Positions 48,828 through 58,045 of a stretch of DNA of 58,104 nt are shown in pieces (position 1 is the stretch's first letter; each line of letters opens with the position of its first letter). The notes under the pieces were generated by a model. That model searched no databases. It had not been told where the DNA came from and was given only the letters and a program-made list of their open reading frames with translations. The stretch spans positions 1-58,104 of the forward strand of contig JANOOJ010000194.1 of NCBI GenBank assembly GCA_031421295.1, in the 5' to 3' direction. The stretch comes from Novosphingobium sp. GTDB lineage: Bacteria; Pseudomonadota; Alphaproteobacteria; Sphingomonadales; Sphingomonadaceae. Both the position numbers and the translations under genes were made by a program.

Positions 48828-49303
48828 GCCCTGTTTCCTCGCTTCAGGAGTATAGCAATCAGCAACGCCGCCGCGCTCGAAATCAGGAAGTTCCAGCCCG
48901 CCAGCGAAATCCCGAACAGGTCCCACGGCGCGACATCGCAGCGCACGATCGGTGCGTTCATGATCGCCTCGAGCGGATCGCCGCCCTGCCTGGCGGTGGT
49001 GCTGCAGGCGGTGAGGCCCTCCCACCAGTGATATTCGACCCCGGCGTGAAATGCGCCGAGCAGTCCGCCGATAGCAATCGCCAGCGCCGCCAGCCAGACC
49101 AGCGCATCGCTGCGCCGTATCAGCGCGAGCACTGCCAGCGCCAGCGCGGCGAAGTGGGCATAACGCTGCCACCAGCACATCTCGCATGGGTAAAGGCCGA
49201 AGCCGTATTGCGAAATATAAGCGCCGCCGAGCAGGACTGCGGGAGCTGCGAAGGCCAACACCCGCGCGAGGTGGCTTGCCTGTGCCCCGCGCGGCAGCAT
49301 CAC
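48824..49303 (-). CDS. dsbB: Disulfide bond formation protein B family
   Basis: GLYPCEMCWWQR, AFHAGVE, second Cys pair, GISLAGWN. Confidence 0.9.
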   Translation of the reverse strand: MMLPRGAQASHLARVLAFAAPAVLLGGAYISQYGFGLYPCEMCWWQRYAHFAALALAVLALIRRSDALVWLAALAIAIGGLLGAFHAGVEYHWWEGLTACSTTARQGGDPLEAIMNAPIVRCDVAPWDLFGISLAGWNFLISSAAALLIAILLKRGNRA

Positions 49304-50643
49304 CTGGTCCGGCTGGCGAGCGCGGCACCGCCGGTACGCCGCAGCGTGGAGACCGCATAATACAACTGGAAATCGTCGATCTTACGCGCCTTGAGTTCGT
49401 CCGCCGTCATCTTGAAGCGCGGGTCGTCCTGCTTGTCCGCTTCAAGCTGCTTGTCGTCGAGCGCCACCTCATTGACGAGGTGGTGGCGCAGGTCGCTCTC
49501 GCGCAAGGACAGCTCGGCGCGGCGGCGGGCATCGGGATCGGACAGCTGCGGCACCTTGATGTCGGGCTCGATCCCGCCCTCCTGCACCGAACGCCCGGCG
49601 GGGGTGAAATAGCGCGCGGTGGTGAGCTTGACCGCGTGAGTCCGGTCGAGCTGGAACAGCGACTGGACGCTGCCCTTCCCGAAACTGCGCTCGCCCATTA
49701 CCACCGCGCGGTGCTGGTCCTGGAGCGCCCCCGCGACGATTTCCGAGGCCGAGGCCGAGCCTGCATCGATCAGCACCACGATCGGGATGCCCTTGGCGCT
49801 ATCGCCGCGGAACATGCTTTCGGCGCGGTAGTATTCGTTCTCCGAGGCCACGCGTCCGCGCTGCGAAACGATGTCGCCCTTGTCGAGGAACAGGTCCGAA
49901 AGCGCCACCGCTTCATCGAGCGACCCGCCCGGATTGGAGCGCAGATCGAGCACCAGCCCGGTCAGCTTGCCGCCCGCATCGCGGCGCAGCTTGGTAATCG
50001 CGGCATTGACGTCATTGCCGACATCGCGCGAGAATTCATTGACCGTGATCACCCCGACCGAGCCGTCGAGCTTCGAGGTCACCGGCTCCAGGTCGATGAC
50101 ATTGCGGGTCACAGTAAGGTCGAACGGCGCATCGCGGCCCGGACGGAAAATCGTCAGGCGAATCTTGGTCCCCGCTTGCCCGCGCATCTTTTCAACCGCA
50201 TCGTCGAGTTCGAGCCCGTAGATCAGCTTGCCGTCGAGGTGGGTGATATAATCGCCCGCCTTGACCCCGGCGGCTTCGGCCGGGCTGCCGCGCATCGGCG
50301 AGACGACCTTGACCGTGTCCTGATCGAGCACCACCGACAGGCCGAGGCCCGTATAGCTGCCGTCGATCATCGTGGTCAGCCGCTGCAGCCCCGCGCCCTC
50401 CAGATAGGACGAGTGCGGATCGAGACTGGCCAGCATCCCGTTGATTGCGCCATTGACCAGCTTTTCGTCATCGACCTGCTCGACGTAATTGGCCTTGACC
50501 AGCTGGTAGATCGTCACGAGCTTGCCGAATTGCGGTCCCGACCGCGCATCGACTGCGGCGAGGCCTGCGGTGGTCGCAGGCAGCAGGGCAACGGCGCTGA
50601 CCAGCAGCGCGGCGCGGAACAGATTGGCGGCTTTATGTCGCAT
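49300..50643 (-). CDS. ctpA: Carboxyl-terminal processing protease (S41)
   Basis: LDPHSSY, PDZ GLGL, LDLRSNPGG, SASASEIVAGALQD, SFGKGSVQ, GIEPD. Confidence 0.93.
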   Translation of the reverse strand: MRHKAANLFRAALLVSAVALLPATTAGLAAVDARSGPQFGKLVTIYQLVKANYVEQVDDEKLVNGAINGMLASLDPHSSYLEGAGLQRLTTMIDGSYTGLGLSVVLDQDTVKVVSPMRGSPAEAAGVKAGDYITHLDGKLIYGLELDDAVEKMRGQAGTKIRLTIFRPGRDAPFDLTVTRNVIDLEPVTSKLDGSVGVITVNEFSRDVGNDVNAAITKLRRDAGGKLTGLVLDLRSNPGGSLDEAVALSDLFLDKGDIVSQRGRVASENEYYRAESMFRGDSAKGIPIVVLIDAGSASASEIVAGALQDQHRAVVMGERSFGKGSVQSLFQLDRTHAVKLTTARYFTPAGRSVQEGGIEPDIKVPQLSDPDARRRAELSLRESDLRHHLVNEVALDDKQLEADKQDDPRFKMTADELKARKIDDFQLYYAVSTLRRTGGAALASRTR

Positions 50644-50769
50644 AGGGAAAATCCTCGTTCGTTCCCGCTTTATCGCGCCCGACGACTTAACGCCAGATGA
50701 GGCGTTTGTTTGCTTCGACAAAATCGAAGCAGGCTACGGTACCGCTTCCCCCGTGAGGCGGACAAAGAA

Positions 50770-51993
50770 TCATCCCCCGTTCACATAATCCAGCGGATTG
50801 ACCGGCTCACCAGCGCGTCTGAGCTCGAGATTGAGTAACGGACGGCCCGGCCCGGCGATCCCGAGCGGGGCACCGCCGACCAGTTCATCGCCGACTTTCG
50901 CATCGAGCTGCGCAAGGCCGGTGACCAGCGAGGTCCAGCCGCCGGGATGCTCGATAATCACGATGTTGCCGAAGCCGCGATAGGGTCCGGCGAAAGCGAC
51001 CCGGCCCGCAAACGGCGCGATCGCTTGCGCTCCGTCGCGCGCGGCGAGCGAAATGCCGCGGCTGCGCACGCCGTCGGATTGGACATCGCCGAATCCGGCG
51101 ACCAGCCGCCCGGCAACGGGAAGCAAATAGCCCGCAAGTCCGCTTGGTTCGGGGGAAGGGAGCGGCGTCGTGGCGGCAATGACTTGCGATTCCTGCGGCC
51201 GCGCGGGCCGCATGATCGGGCCGGGGAGCACGGCGAGCCGGTCGCGCAGCGCCCCGGCTTCGCCCAGGCTATCGACCAGTGAGCCAAGATCGCGCGCCTG
51301 TTCGGCCAGCGCCAGCGCGCGTTCGCTTTCGCGGTCGGCGACGCCGCTGGCCGCGCGCGAACTCAGCCGCTGGCGGGTTTCGAGCACGGCGAGCGCCTGC
51401 CGCCGCCGGGTAAGCTCCGCCTTATCGCCGCGCAGCGCAAGATTGGCAGCGAGTGCCTGCGCCTCGAGCGCCCGGCCGCGCAGGATTTCGGCCTTGAGGG
51501 CCCTGGTGCGCCGTTCGACTTGCGGCAGCATCGTCGCCAGCACCGCGCGCAGATGCACCGTGTCCTGCACCGAGCCGGGGCGCAGCAGCGAGAGCACCAT
51601 CGGTCGCCGCGATAGCCGCTGGAGCGCGCCGGTCAGACGCACCACCGGTTGCTGGCGCGCGGCAAGGCTGGCCTGCAAGGCGGTGCGTTGGCGTCCGATC
51701 AGCGTGAGCCGCGCCTCGCCGCCGGCAATCGCGGCTTCGCCCTGCTGGATGCGCGCGGCGATCGCAGCGGCCTCGCGCGCGGTTTTGTCGGCGACTTGGG
51801 TTGCAGTGGCGGCCTGGGATTCGAGCTGTTCGGCGCGGCGGCGCGCGGTTTCCCCCTGCTGCTGCGCGGTCGCAAGAGCGCGGCGGGTGTCATTGGCGTC
51901 ATCATAGCCGAGCTGCGGTTGCGCGAGCACAACGGCACCGGGCGGCACCAACAGGGCGCACAACAGCGGCAGCAGGCGAGCAAAACGGATCAC
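50770..51993 (-). CDS. Murein hydrolase activator EnvC family
   Basis: Signal peptide, long coiled coil, degenerate M23 domain lacking HxxxD/HxH; position between rlmH and ctpA. Confidence 0.88.
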   Translation of the reverse strand: MIRFARLLPLLCALLVPPGAVVLAQPQLGYDDANDTRRALATAQQQGETARRRAEQLESQAATATQVADKTAREAAAIAARIQQGEAAIAGGEARLTLIGRQRTALQASLAARQQPVVRLTGALQRLSRRPMVLSLLRPGSVQDTVHLRAVLATMLPQVERRTRALKAEILRGRALEAQALAANLALRGDKAELTRRRQALAVLETRQRLSSRAASGVADRESERALALAEQARDLGSLVDSLGEAGALRDRLAVLPGPIMRPARPQESQVIAATTPLPSPEPSGLAGYLLPVAGRLVAGFGDVQSDGVRSRGISLAARDGAQAIAPFAGRVAFAGPYRGFGNIVIIEHPGGWTSLVTGLAQLDAKVGDELVGGAPLGIAGPGRPLLNLELRRAGEPVNPLDYVNGG

Positions 51994-52001
51994 CCGCGCA
52001 C

Positions 52002-52424
52002 CTATCCCGAACGATGGTAGGGATGACCAGCAAGAATGCTGGTCGCGCGCCACAATTGTTCGGCGAGCATCGCGCGGACCATCAGATGCGGCCAGGTCAT
52101 TTCGCCGAAGCCGAGCAGGAAGTCGGCCTCGCGCCGCGCCTCCGCGCCGTGGCCATCGGCCGCGCCGATCGTGAACCGCACCTCGCGCACCCCGCCATCG
52201 CGCCACTTCCCGAGCAGCGCGGCAAAGTCGGCTGAGGAAAGCTGCGCGCCGCGCTCATCGAGCAGCACCTCGCGCGCGGGAGTAAGCGGAGCGGGCACCG
52301 TGCCGCCGCTATCTGGCAGCTCGGTGTGCTTCACCGGCCAGCCGATTCGCTTGAGGTAGCGCTCGACCAGCTCGGCCTCGGGCGAACGAGCGATCTTGCC
52401 CCGCGCGATGATGTGGAGCTGCAT
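52002..52424 (-). CDS. rlmH: 23S rRNA pseudouridine-1915 methyltransferase
   Basis: LDERG, FTIGAADG, TWPHLMVRAMLAEQLWRA...GHPYHR. Confidence 0.95.
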   Translation of the reverse strand: MQLHIIARGKIARSPEAELVERYLKRIGWPVKHTELPDSGGTVPAPLTPAREVLLDERGAQLSSADFAALLGKWRDGGVREVRFTIGAADGHGAEARREADFLLGFGEMTWPHLMVRAMLAEQLWRATSILAGHPYHRSG

Positions 52425-52439
52425 TTAAGTGCATGGTCC

Positions 52440-52551
52440 GGTCACGCTGATGCGTGACCTTGCGCCACCCACCACCCCGCGCCCCCGGCCCAACCACCCA
52501 CTAGGGTACACTGCATGGGCGGTTGGGCCGGGGGTGCGGGGTGGTGGGTGG
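52440..52551. repeat. Long intergenic inverted repeat (36 bp arms) plus an 8 bp hairpin
   Basis: Arms 52465-52500 and 52516-52551 (34/36 complementary, 15 nt loop); GGTCACGC-TGAT-GCGTGACC at 52440-52459. Confidence 0.85.
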
Positions 52552-52559
52552 TTCCGTCG

Positions 52560-52988
52560 TCAGGCGGCACCAGAAACCCCGTCGCCGAACGCCCACATGC
52601 GTTCGAGGTTGTAGAAGCTGCGGACTTCGGGGCGGAACAAATGAATGACGATGTCGCCGGCATCGACCAGCACCCAGTCGGCGGCGGGCAGGCCCTCGAT
52701 CCGGACATGGCCGAAGCCGCCGTGCTTGATCCGCTCGGCCAGCTTCTGCGCCATCGCCGCGACCTGGCGCGTCGAACGACCCGAGACGATCACCATATGA
52801 TCGGCGATCGAGCTTTTGCCTTCGAGCGGGATCGAGATGATGTCCTGCGCCTGATCGTCATCGAGCGACTGGAGCACCAGCGCGTGAAGCGAGCCCGGCT
52901 CGCTGGGGGGAAGCGGGGTGGGCGCGTCAGCGGCTGCTGCAAGTGATTCGGGACCAGTGGAGACCGGCGTGTTTTCAGCGGCGTTCAT
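52560..52988 (-). CDS. rsfS: Ribosome silencing factor
   Basis: LDDDQAQDI, IADHMVIVSGRSTRQV, DWVLVDAGDIVIHLF...RSFYNLERMW. Confidence 0.95.
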   Translation of the reverse strand: MNAAENTPVSTGPESLAAAADAPTPLPPSEPGSLHALVLQSLDDDQAQDIISIPLEGKSSIADHMVIVSGRSTRQVAAMAQKLAERIKHGGFGHVRIEGLPAADWVLVDAGDIVIHLFRPEVRSFYNLERMWAFGDGVSGAA

Positions 52989-53037
52989 GTAAGGGGGAAA
53001 GGCTCCTGAGGGCGGGCGAGCGGGGTGGGCGGCAAGA

Positions 53038-53679
53038 TCATGCGCTGTCCGGTCGGATCGGTTTATGCGTCACTTGATCGCGCTGGGAAAGACCGGCAAA
53101 TCGCCCGGCCCAGTCAGGATCCGCGCGGCGAAGCTGCGTCGCCGAGCGCGGATCGGGATCGAAACGCAATTCTATCAGCGCGGGTGCGCTCCATGATGCC
53201 CGGTTTCCAAAACTGGCGGGCGACCGCCGGTAGCGAGCGAGCCAGGCCATCGCGGGGCTCGCGCGGGCAGCGCCATCATAGCCCGGACGCGCGATCACCG
53301 CAATCGGCATGGTGCGCGCGATCTGCCGCCATGCCCGCCACTGGCTGAATTGCGCCAGATTATCGCTCCCCATCAGCCACACAAAGCGCCGCTTGGGGTA
53401 ACGCCGGACAAGCGCGCGCAGCGTATCGACGGTGTAGCGCGTGCCCAGATCGCGCTCGATCGCAGTGACGCGAATCGGCGCGCGGCGGGCCTGCTCGCGC
53501 GCCGAGGCGAGCCGCGCGGCAAGCGGTGCCATCCCGGCTTTGGGCTTGAGCGGATTGCCCGGCGAGACCAGCCACCAGACCTCGTCCAAGCCCAACGCGG
53601 CCTGCGCGAACAGCGAAATCCGCCGGTGGCCGCCATGCGCCGGATTGAAGCTGCCCCCGAGGAGCCCGGTTACAATCAT
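53038..53679 (-). CDS. nadD: Nicotinate-nucleotide adenylyltransferase
   Basis: LLGGSFNPAHGGH, WWLVSPGNPLK, YTVDTL, WLMGSDNL, SATQLR. Confidence 0.95.
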   Translation of the reverse strand: MIVTGLLGGSFNPAHGGHRRISLFAQAALGLDEVWWLVSPGNPLKPKAGMAPLAARLASAREQARRAPIRVTAIERDLGTRYTVDTLRALVRRYPKRRFVWLMGSDNLAQFSQWRAWRQIARTMPIAVIARPGYDGAARASPAMAWLARYRRSPASFGNRASWSAPALIELRFDPDPRSATQLRRADPDWAGRFAGLSQRDQVTHKPIRPDSA

Positions 53680-54734
53680 GCAGGCTTTCTGCGCGGCGAC
53701 ACTTTTGAATCGCGGTAACCACCCTGGAACCCGAACATCCAGCCCGGATACTCGCGCGGCAAGGCGGAGAGTGTATCGAGGTTTGCCAGTTCGGCAGCGG
53801 TCAGCGCGACTTCGCAGGCGGCAATATTGTCGGTCAGCTGGTCGGCGCGCTTGGCCCCGACGATCACGGTCGAGACCACGTCCTGATGGAGCAGCCACGC
53901 CAGCGCGATCTGCGCGACGCTGCATTTTTCGCGGCCATCGGCCATGACGCGCATCGCATCGATCAGGCCGTAGGCGCGGTCGGGCTCGACCGGCGGGAAA
54001 TCGAATTCGGCGCGGCGGCCCTCACCCTGGCTGCGATCATCGTCGCCGCGGCTGTATTTGCCCGACAGCAACCCCCCCGCGAGCGGGCTCCACACCATCA
54101 GCCCGACCCCCTCGCTTTGCAGCATCGGCACGATGTCGCGCTCGAGATCGCGGCCCGCGACGGTGTAATAGGCCTGGAGCGAGGCGAACTTTTCAAGGCC
54201 AAGCCGTTCGGAAACGCCCAGCGCCTTCATGATCTGCCACGCCGCCCAGTTGGACACGCCGATGTAGCGCGCCCGCCCGCTGCGGACGATGTCGTCGAGC
54301 GCGCGCAGCGCTTCCTCCATCGGGGTCTGCGTATCCCAGCCGTGGATCTGGTAGAGATCGACATGGTCGGTCCCGAGCCGCGCCAGGCTGGCGTCGATCT
54401 CGTTCAGCAAATGATAGCGGCTGACCCCGGCGTCGTTCGGCCCCGGCCCCATCGAGCCCATCGCCTTGGTAGCGATCACCACGTCCGAGCGTTTGAGCCC
54501 CAGTGCCTTGACCGCCGCGCCGGTAAGTTCTTCCGACTGGCCGGTGGTATAGACATTGGCGGTGTCGATGAAGTTGATCCCGGCATCGAGGGATTGCCTG
54601 ACCAGCGCATTGGTCGCGTCCTGGTCGAGCCCGGCAATCGCGCCGAAGCGGCCGGGATTGGTCCCGAAAGTCATCGCCCCAAGACACAGTTCGGAGACGA
54701 TCAGGCCGGTCGAGCCGAGACGATTGTAGCGCAT
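53676..54734 (-). CDS. Aldo/keto reductase
   Basis: LCLGAMTFG, INFIDTANVY, IATK, HVDLYQIH, YIGVSN, WSPLAGGLLSGKY. Confidence 0.93.
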   Translation of the reverse strand: MRYNRLGSTGLIVSELCLGAMTFGTNPGRFGAIAGLDQDATNALVRQSLDAGINFIDTANVYTTGQSEELTGAAVKALGLKRSDVVIATKAMGSMGPGPNDAGVSRYHLLNEIDASLARLGTDHVDLYQIHGWDTQTPMEEALRALDDIVRSGRARYIGVSNWAAWQIMKALGVSERLGLEKFASLQAYYTVAGRDLERDIVPMLQSEGVGLMVWSPLAGGLLSGKYSRGDDDRSQGEGRRAEFDFPPVEPDRAYGLIDAMRVMADGREKCSVAQIALAWLLHQDVVSTVIVGAKRADQLTDNIAACEVALTAAELANLDTLSALPREYPGWMFGFQGGYRDSKVSPRRKPA

Positions 54735-54823
54735 GGGAAGTCCTTGTGGTTGAGGGGCACAATGCGCAGTTGCGGCGAGCGATGCAAATCCTCCCTGAGC
54801 TTGCTCGGGGAGGATTTTGGGTA

Positions 54824-56098
54824 TTACGGACGAACCTGCCCCGTCCCGCGCACCAGCCATTTGTAGGTGGTCAGTCCCTCAAGCGCGACCGGGCCGCGCG
54901 CGTGGAGGCGACCGGTGGCGATGCCGATTTCTGCACCGAGGCCGAATTCGCCGCCGTCGGCGAACTGGCTCGAGGCGTTGAGCATCACGATCGCGCTATC
55001 GACCTCGGCGAGGAACCGCTCGGCCGCCGCCGCATCTTCGGTGACAATGGCCTCGGTATGATGCGAGGAATGCCGGGCGATGTGGGCCAGCGCAGCGTCG
55101 AGCCCATCGACCACCGCGACCGACAGGATCGAGTCCAGATATTCGCAGTCCCAGTCATTGGCGCTGGCGGCGGCGATGCGCGGATCGAGTGCGCAGGCCC
55201 GGGCGTCGCCGCGCAACTCGCAGCCCGCTTCGAGCAGCGCGGATACCACCCCCGGTGCATCGGCAAACTGCGCGTCGAGTAGCAGCGTCTCCATCGCGCC
55301 GCATACGCCGGGGCGGCGCAGCTTGGCGTTGACCGCGATCGCCCGCGCCATCGCCGGATCGGCGGCGGCGTGGAGGTAAGTGTGGTTGATCCCGTCGAGA
55401 TGCGCGAGCACCGGGACTCGCGCCTCGGCCTGCACGCGCGCGACAAGGCTCTTGCCGCCGCGCGGAACGATCATGTCGATCAGCCCGGCGGCGGTCAGCA
55501 TGGCGCCAACCGCAGCCCGGTCCTGCGTCGGGAGCAGCTGGACGGCGGCGGCAGGAAGTCCCGCCGCTGCGAGCCCTTGCGCCAGCGCGGCATGGATCGC
55601 GCGGTTCGAATGGACCGCCTCGCTCCCGCCGCGCAGCAGCACGGCATTGCCCGAGCGGATGCACAGCGCGGCTGCATCGGCGGTGACGTTGGGGCGGCTT
55701 TCGTAAATGATCCCGATCAATCCGATGGGAATACGCACCCGCGACATTTCGAGCCCGTTGGGCTGGCGGTGCGTATCGATAATCCGGCCCACGGGATCGG
55801 GTAGCGCGGCGACCTGCTCAACCGCATCGGCGATACCCGCGATCCGCGTGGAATCGAGCATAAGCCGGTCGAGCATCGCGGCCGAAAGCCCGCCTGCTTC
55901 GCCGGCTGCAAGATCGATGGCATTGGCGGCAAGGATCTCAGCTGCCGAGGCGCGCAATGCCTGGGTCGCAGCGCGCAAGGCGGCGGCCTTTGCGGCATCG
56001 TCGGCCAGCGCCAATTCGCGCTGCGCCGCGCGGCCCGCACGCGCGAGGCGTTCGACGAGCAATTGGGGCGATTCGAGGGTGGGGGCTACGCTGGCCAT
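54824..56098 (-). CDS. proA: Glutamate-5-semialdehyde dehydrogenase
   Basis: IGIIYESRPNVT, LRGGSEA, VPRGGKSL, CGAMETLL, FADGGEFGLGAEIGIATGRLHARGP. Confidence 0.97.
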   Translation of the reverse strand: MASVAPTLESPQLLVERLARAGRAAQRELALADDAAKAAALRAATQALRASAAEILAANAIDLAAGEAGGLSAAMLDRLMLDSTRIAGIADAVEQVAALPDPVGRIIDTHRQPNGLEMSRVRIPIGLIGIIYESRPNVTADAAALCIRSGNAVLLRGGSEAVHSNRAIHAALAQGLAAAGLPAAAVQLLPTQDRAAVGAMLTAAGLIDMIVPRGGKSLVARVQAEARVPVLAHLDGINHTYLHAAADPAMARAIAVNAKLRRPGVCGAMETLLLDAQFADAPGVVSALLEAGCELRGDARACALDPRIAAASANDWDCEYLDSILSVAVVDGLDAALAHIARHSSHHTEAIVTEDAAAAERFLAEVDSAIVMLNASSQFADGGEFGLGAEIGIATGRLHARGPVALEGLTTYKWLVRGTGQVRP

Positions 56099-56148
56099 GC
56101 CGCGCGCCTAGCAGTTGATCACGGGTTTGTCAGCGCCGTCAGAGAACC

Positions 56149-56251
56149 GATTCGCAATCGATTTCAACCGTCAAATGACACCGATGTCAGTAGGCGGAAC
56201 GGCTCGTCGCGCGACTCTACCGACTCGCCTTGAGTCTGGTTCCCGCGATTC
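56149..56251. promoter_or_regulatory. Cluster of five GANTC (CcrM) sites in the proA / M23 divergent promoter region
   Basis: GATTC 56149, GACTC 56213, GACTC 56222, GAGTC 56232, GATTC 56247; the regulatory role is inferred. Confidence 0.55.
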
Positions 56252-56333
56252 GCCTAGGGCGCAACTTCCTGCTAGCCGCCCGGCACAGAACAACCTGGCC
56301 GCAAATGGCCACAAGGGCGGGGACGGGGTCGTC

Positions 56334-57467
56334 TTGCAAAACACTACTGCTGGCGGGTTAAACGCCCGCCTGCGGATCTGGTTCCCGGATCGCGAGTTCT
56401 TCATGCGGTCGCAGGGTCAGGTTCGCTTCATCAAGTTTTCGTCGCGGATGCAGATCATCGCTGCGAGCGCGGTCGTGGCTTTGCTGGCGGTGTGGATCGT
56501 GACCATGGCCGGGATGGCGGTCTCGCAATATCTCTCGACCCGCGACCGGCTCGCGCTGCTTGACCGCGAGGCCAAGGTTGCCAGTTCCGAAAGCCGGGTC
56601 AACAGCTATCGCAAGGGCTTGGGCGAAGTCGCAACCGATCTGGAAAAGCGCCAGGATTTCATCGAAAAGATGGTTGGCACCCTGCCCAGCGACGTGCGCA
56701 AGGGCGAGACCGTGTCCGACAGCAGCACCGCCACAGCGCAGACCATCGACAAGGTCAGCGCCGCGGTGCCCGAAGCCGCCGGCCTCGCCCGGCTCGAAGC
56801 GCGCCAGCTCGCCTTTGTCGAGCGAATGACCCGCTTCGCCGACCGCCGCGCCGCCGATGCCGCCGCGCGGATTCGCAAGCTTGGGATCAATCCGGGGGTG
56901 ATGCTGGCCCGGCTTGACGACAGGACTGCGGTTGGTGGTCCCCTGATGAAGCTGGCAACTTCGGCGGACGGCTCGCTCGATCCGCGCTTCCAGCGATTCG
57001 GGCTTAGCCTCGCGCGGATGGAAGCGCTCGAGCGCGGACTGCTCTCGATCCCGCAGGTCTCGCCCACCAGCGCGCCCTATGTCTCGTCGAGCTATGGCTA
57101 CCGCGCCGATCCGTTCACCGGCAGCGCCGCGTTCCATGCCGGGCTCGATTTCCCGGCCGCGCTCGGCGCACCGATCTATGCCGCCGCGCGCGGCACGGTC
57201 AGCTTCGTCGGGCAGAAGCAGGGCTACGGCAGCGTAATCGAGGTGTCGCATGGCAATGGCCTGATGACCCGCTATGCGCATATGTCGGGATTCAGAGCGC
57301 GCATCGGCCAGCAGGTCGGCGCGGGCGACGTGATCGGCGCGATCGGCAACTCCGGCCGCTCGACCGGGCCGCACCTCCACTTCGAGGTTCGCATCAACGA
57401 CCAGCCGGTCAATCCCCGTCCCTTCCTGGAGGCGATGCCCCATGTTCTCGAAAAAGGTGGAAACTGA
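56334..57467 (+). CDS. Membrane-anchored M23 endopeptidase (LmdC-like)
   Basis: Cytoplasmic WFPDREFFMRS..VRF, TM helix, coiled coil, intact HAGLD, YAH and HLH Zn motifs. TTG start approximate. Confidence 0.92.
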   Translation: MQNTTAGGLNARLRIWFPDREFFMRSQGQVRFIKFSSRMQIIAASAVVALLAVWIVTMAGMAVSQYLSTRDRLALLDREAKVASSESRVNSYRKGLGEVATDLEKRQDFIEKMVGTLPSDVRKGETVSDSSTATAQTIDKVSAAVPEAAGLARLEARQLAFVERMTRFADRRAADAAARIRKLGINPGVMLARLDDRTAVGGPLMKLATSADGSLDPRFQRFGLSLARMEALERGLLSIPQVSPTSAPYVSSSYGYRADPFTGSAAFHAGLDFPAALGAPIYAAARGTVSFVGQKQGYGSVIEVSHGNGLMTRYAHMSGFRARIGQQVGAGDVIGAIGNSGRSTGPHLHFEVRINDQPVNPRPFLEAMPHVLEKGGN

Positions 57468-57864
57468 GATGGCCGCACCTTCGTCTTCACGCGGCGGTTC
57501 GACCTTCTCGGTGTTCGGCGCAGACATTGCGATTCTGGGCGACGTCACCGCTTCGGCGGACCTCCACATCGACGGCAAGATCGAAGGTGATGTCGCCTGC
57601 ACTTCGCTGGTCCAGGGCGAAGCGAGCGTGATCGCCGGTGCGGTCAGGGCCGACAGCGCGCGGCTGGCCGGCACAGTGCGCGGTTCGATCGACGCCGCCG
57701 AGCTGGTGATCCTGCGCACCGCGCGGATTTTCGGCGATGTCCATTACGATGCGCTGACCATCGAACAGGGTGCTCAGGTCGACGGCAAATTCGCCCCGCG
57801 CGGTGCTGCGGTTCAAGCGATTTCCAGCGATGAGGGCGAACCGAGACTGATTCTCGCGGGCTAG
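57442..57864 (+). CDS. Bactofilin (polymer-forming cytoskeletal protein)
   Basis: MFSKK N-terminus, beta-helix repeats ILGDV..LHIDGKIEGDV..GTVRGSI..ARIFGDV..LTIEQGAQVDG; overlaps the M23 gene end. Confidence 0.93.
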   Translation: MFSKKVETEMAAPSSSRGGSTFSVFGADIAILGDVTASADLHIDGKIEGDVACTSLVQGEASVIAGAVRADSARLAGTVRGSIDAAELVILRTARIFGDVHYDALTIEQGAQVDGKFAPRGAAVQAISSDEGEPRLILAG

Positions 57865-57891
57865 GCGCGCGAATTCAGGTGTTGCGCAGTT

Positions 57892-58012
57892 GGTTCACAC
57901 GAAGACACGAAGATGTCATTCTGCGCCGCAGGCAAACTGCATAAGAAACAACATCAGTGTGGCAGGGCGGCTTCGCCGCAAGCGAGACCATCTTCGTGTC
58001 TTCGTGTGAACC
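57892..58012. repeat. 121 bp MITE/REP-like element with perfect 24 bp terminal inverted repeats
   Basis: GGTTCACACGAAGACACGAAGATG (57892-57915) and its exact reverse complement (57989-58012). Confidence 0.85.
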
Positions 58013-58045
58013 CTTAATCATTGCCGGATAGTGCGGCGTCTCGAC

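Noticed and set aside
50770-51200. EnvC-like gene as a pseudogene because Zn ligands are missing
   Set aside because: A degenerate M23 site is normal for EnvC activators and the frame is intact.
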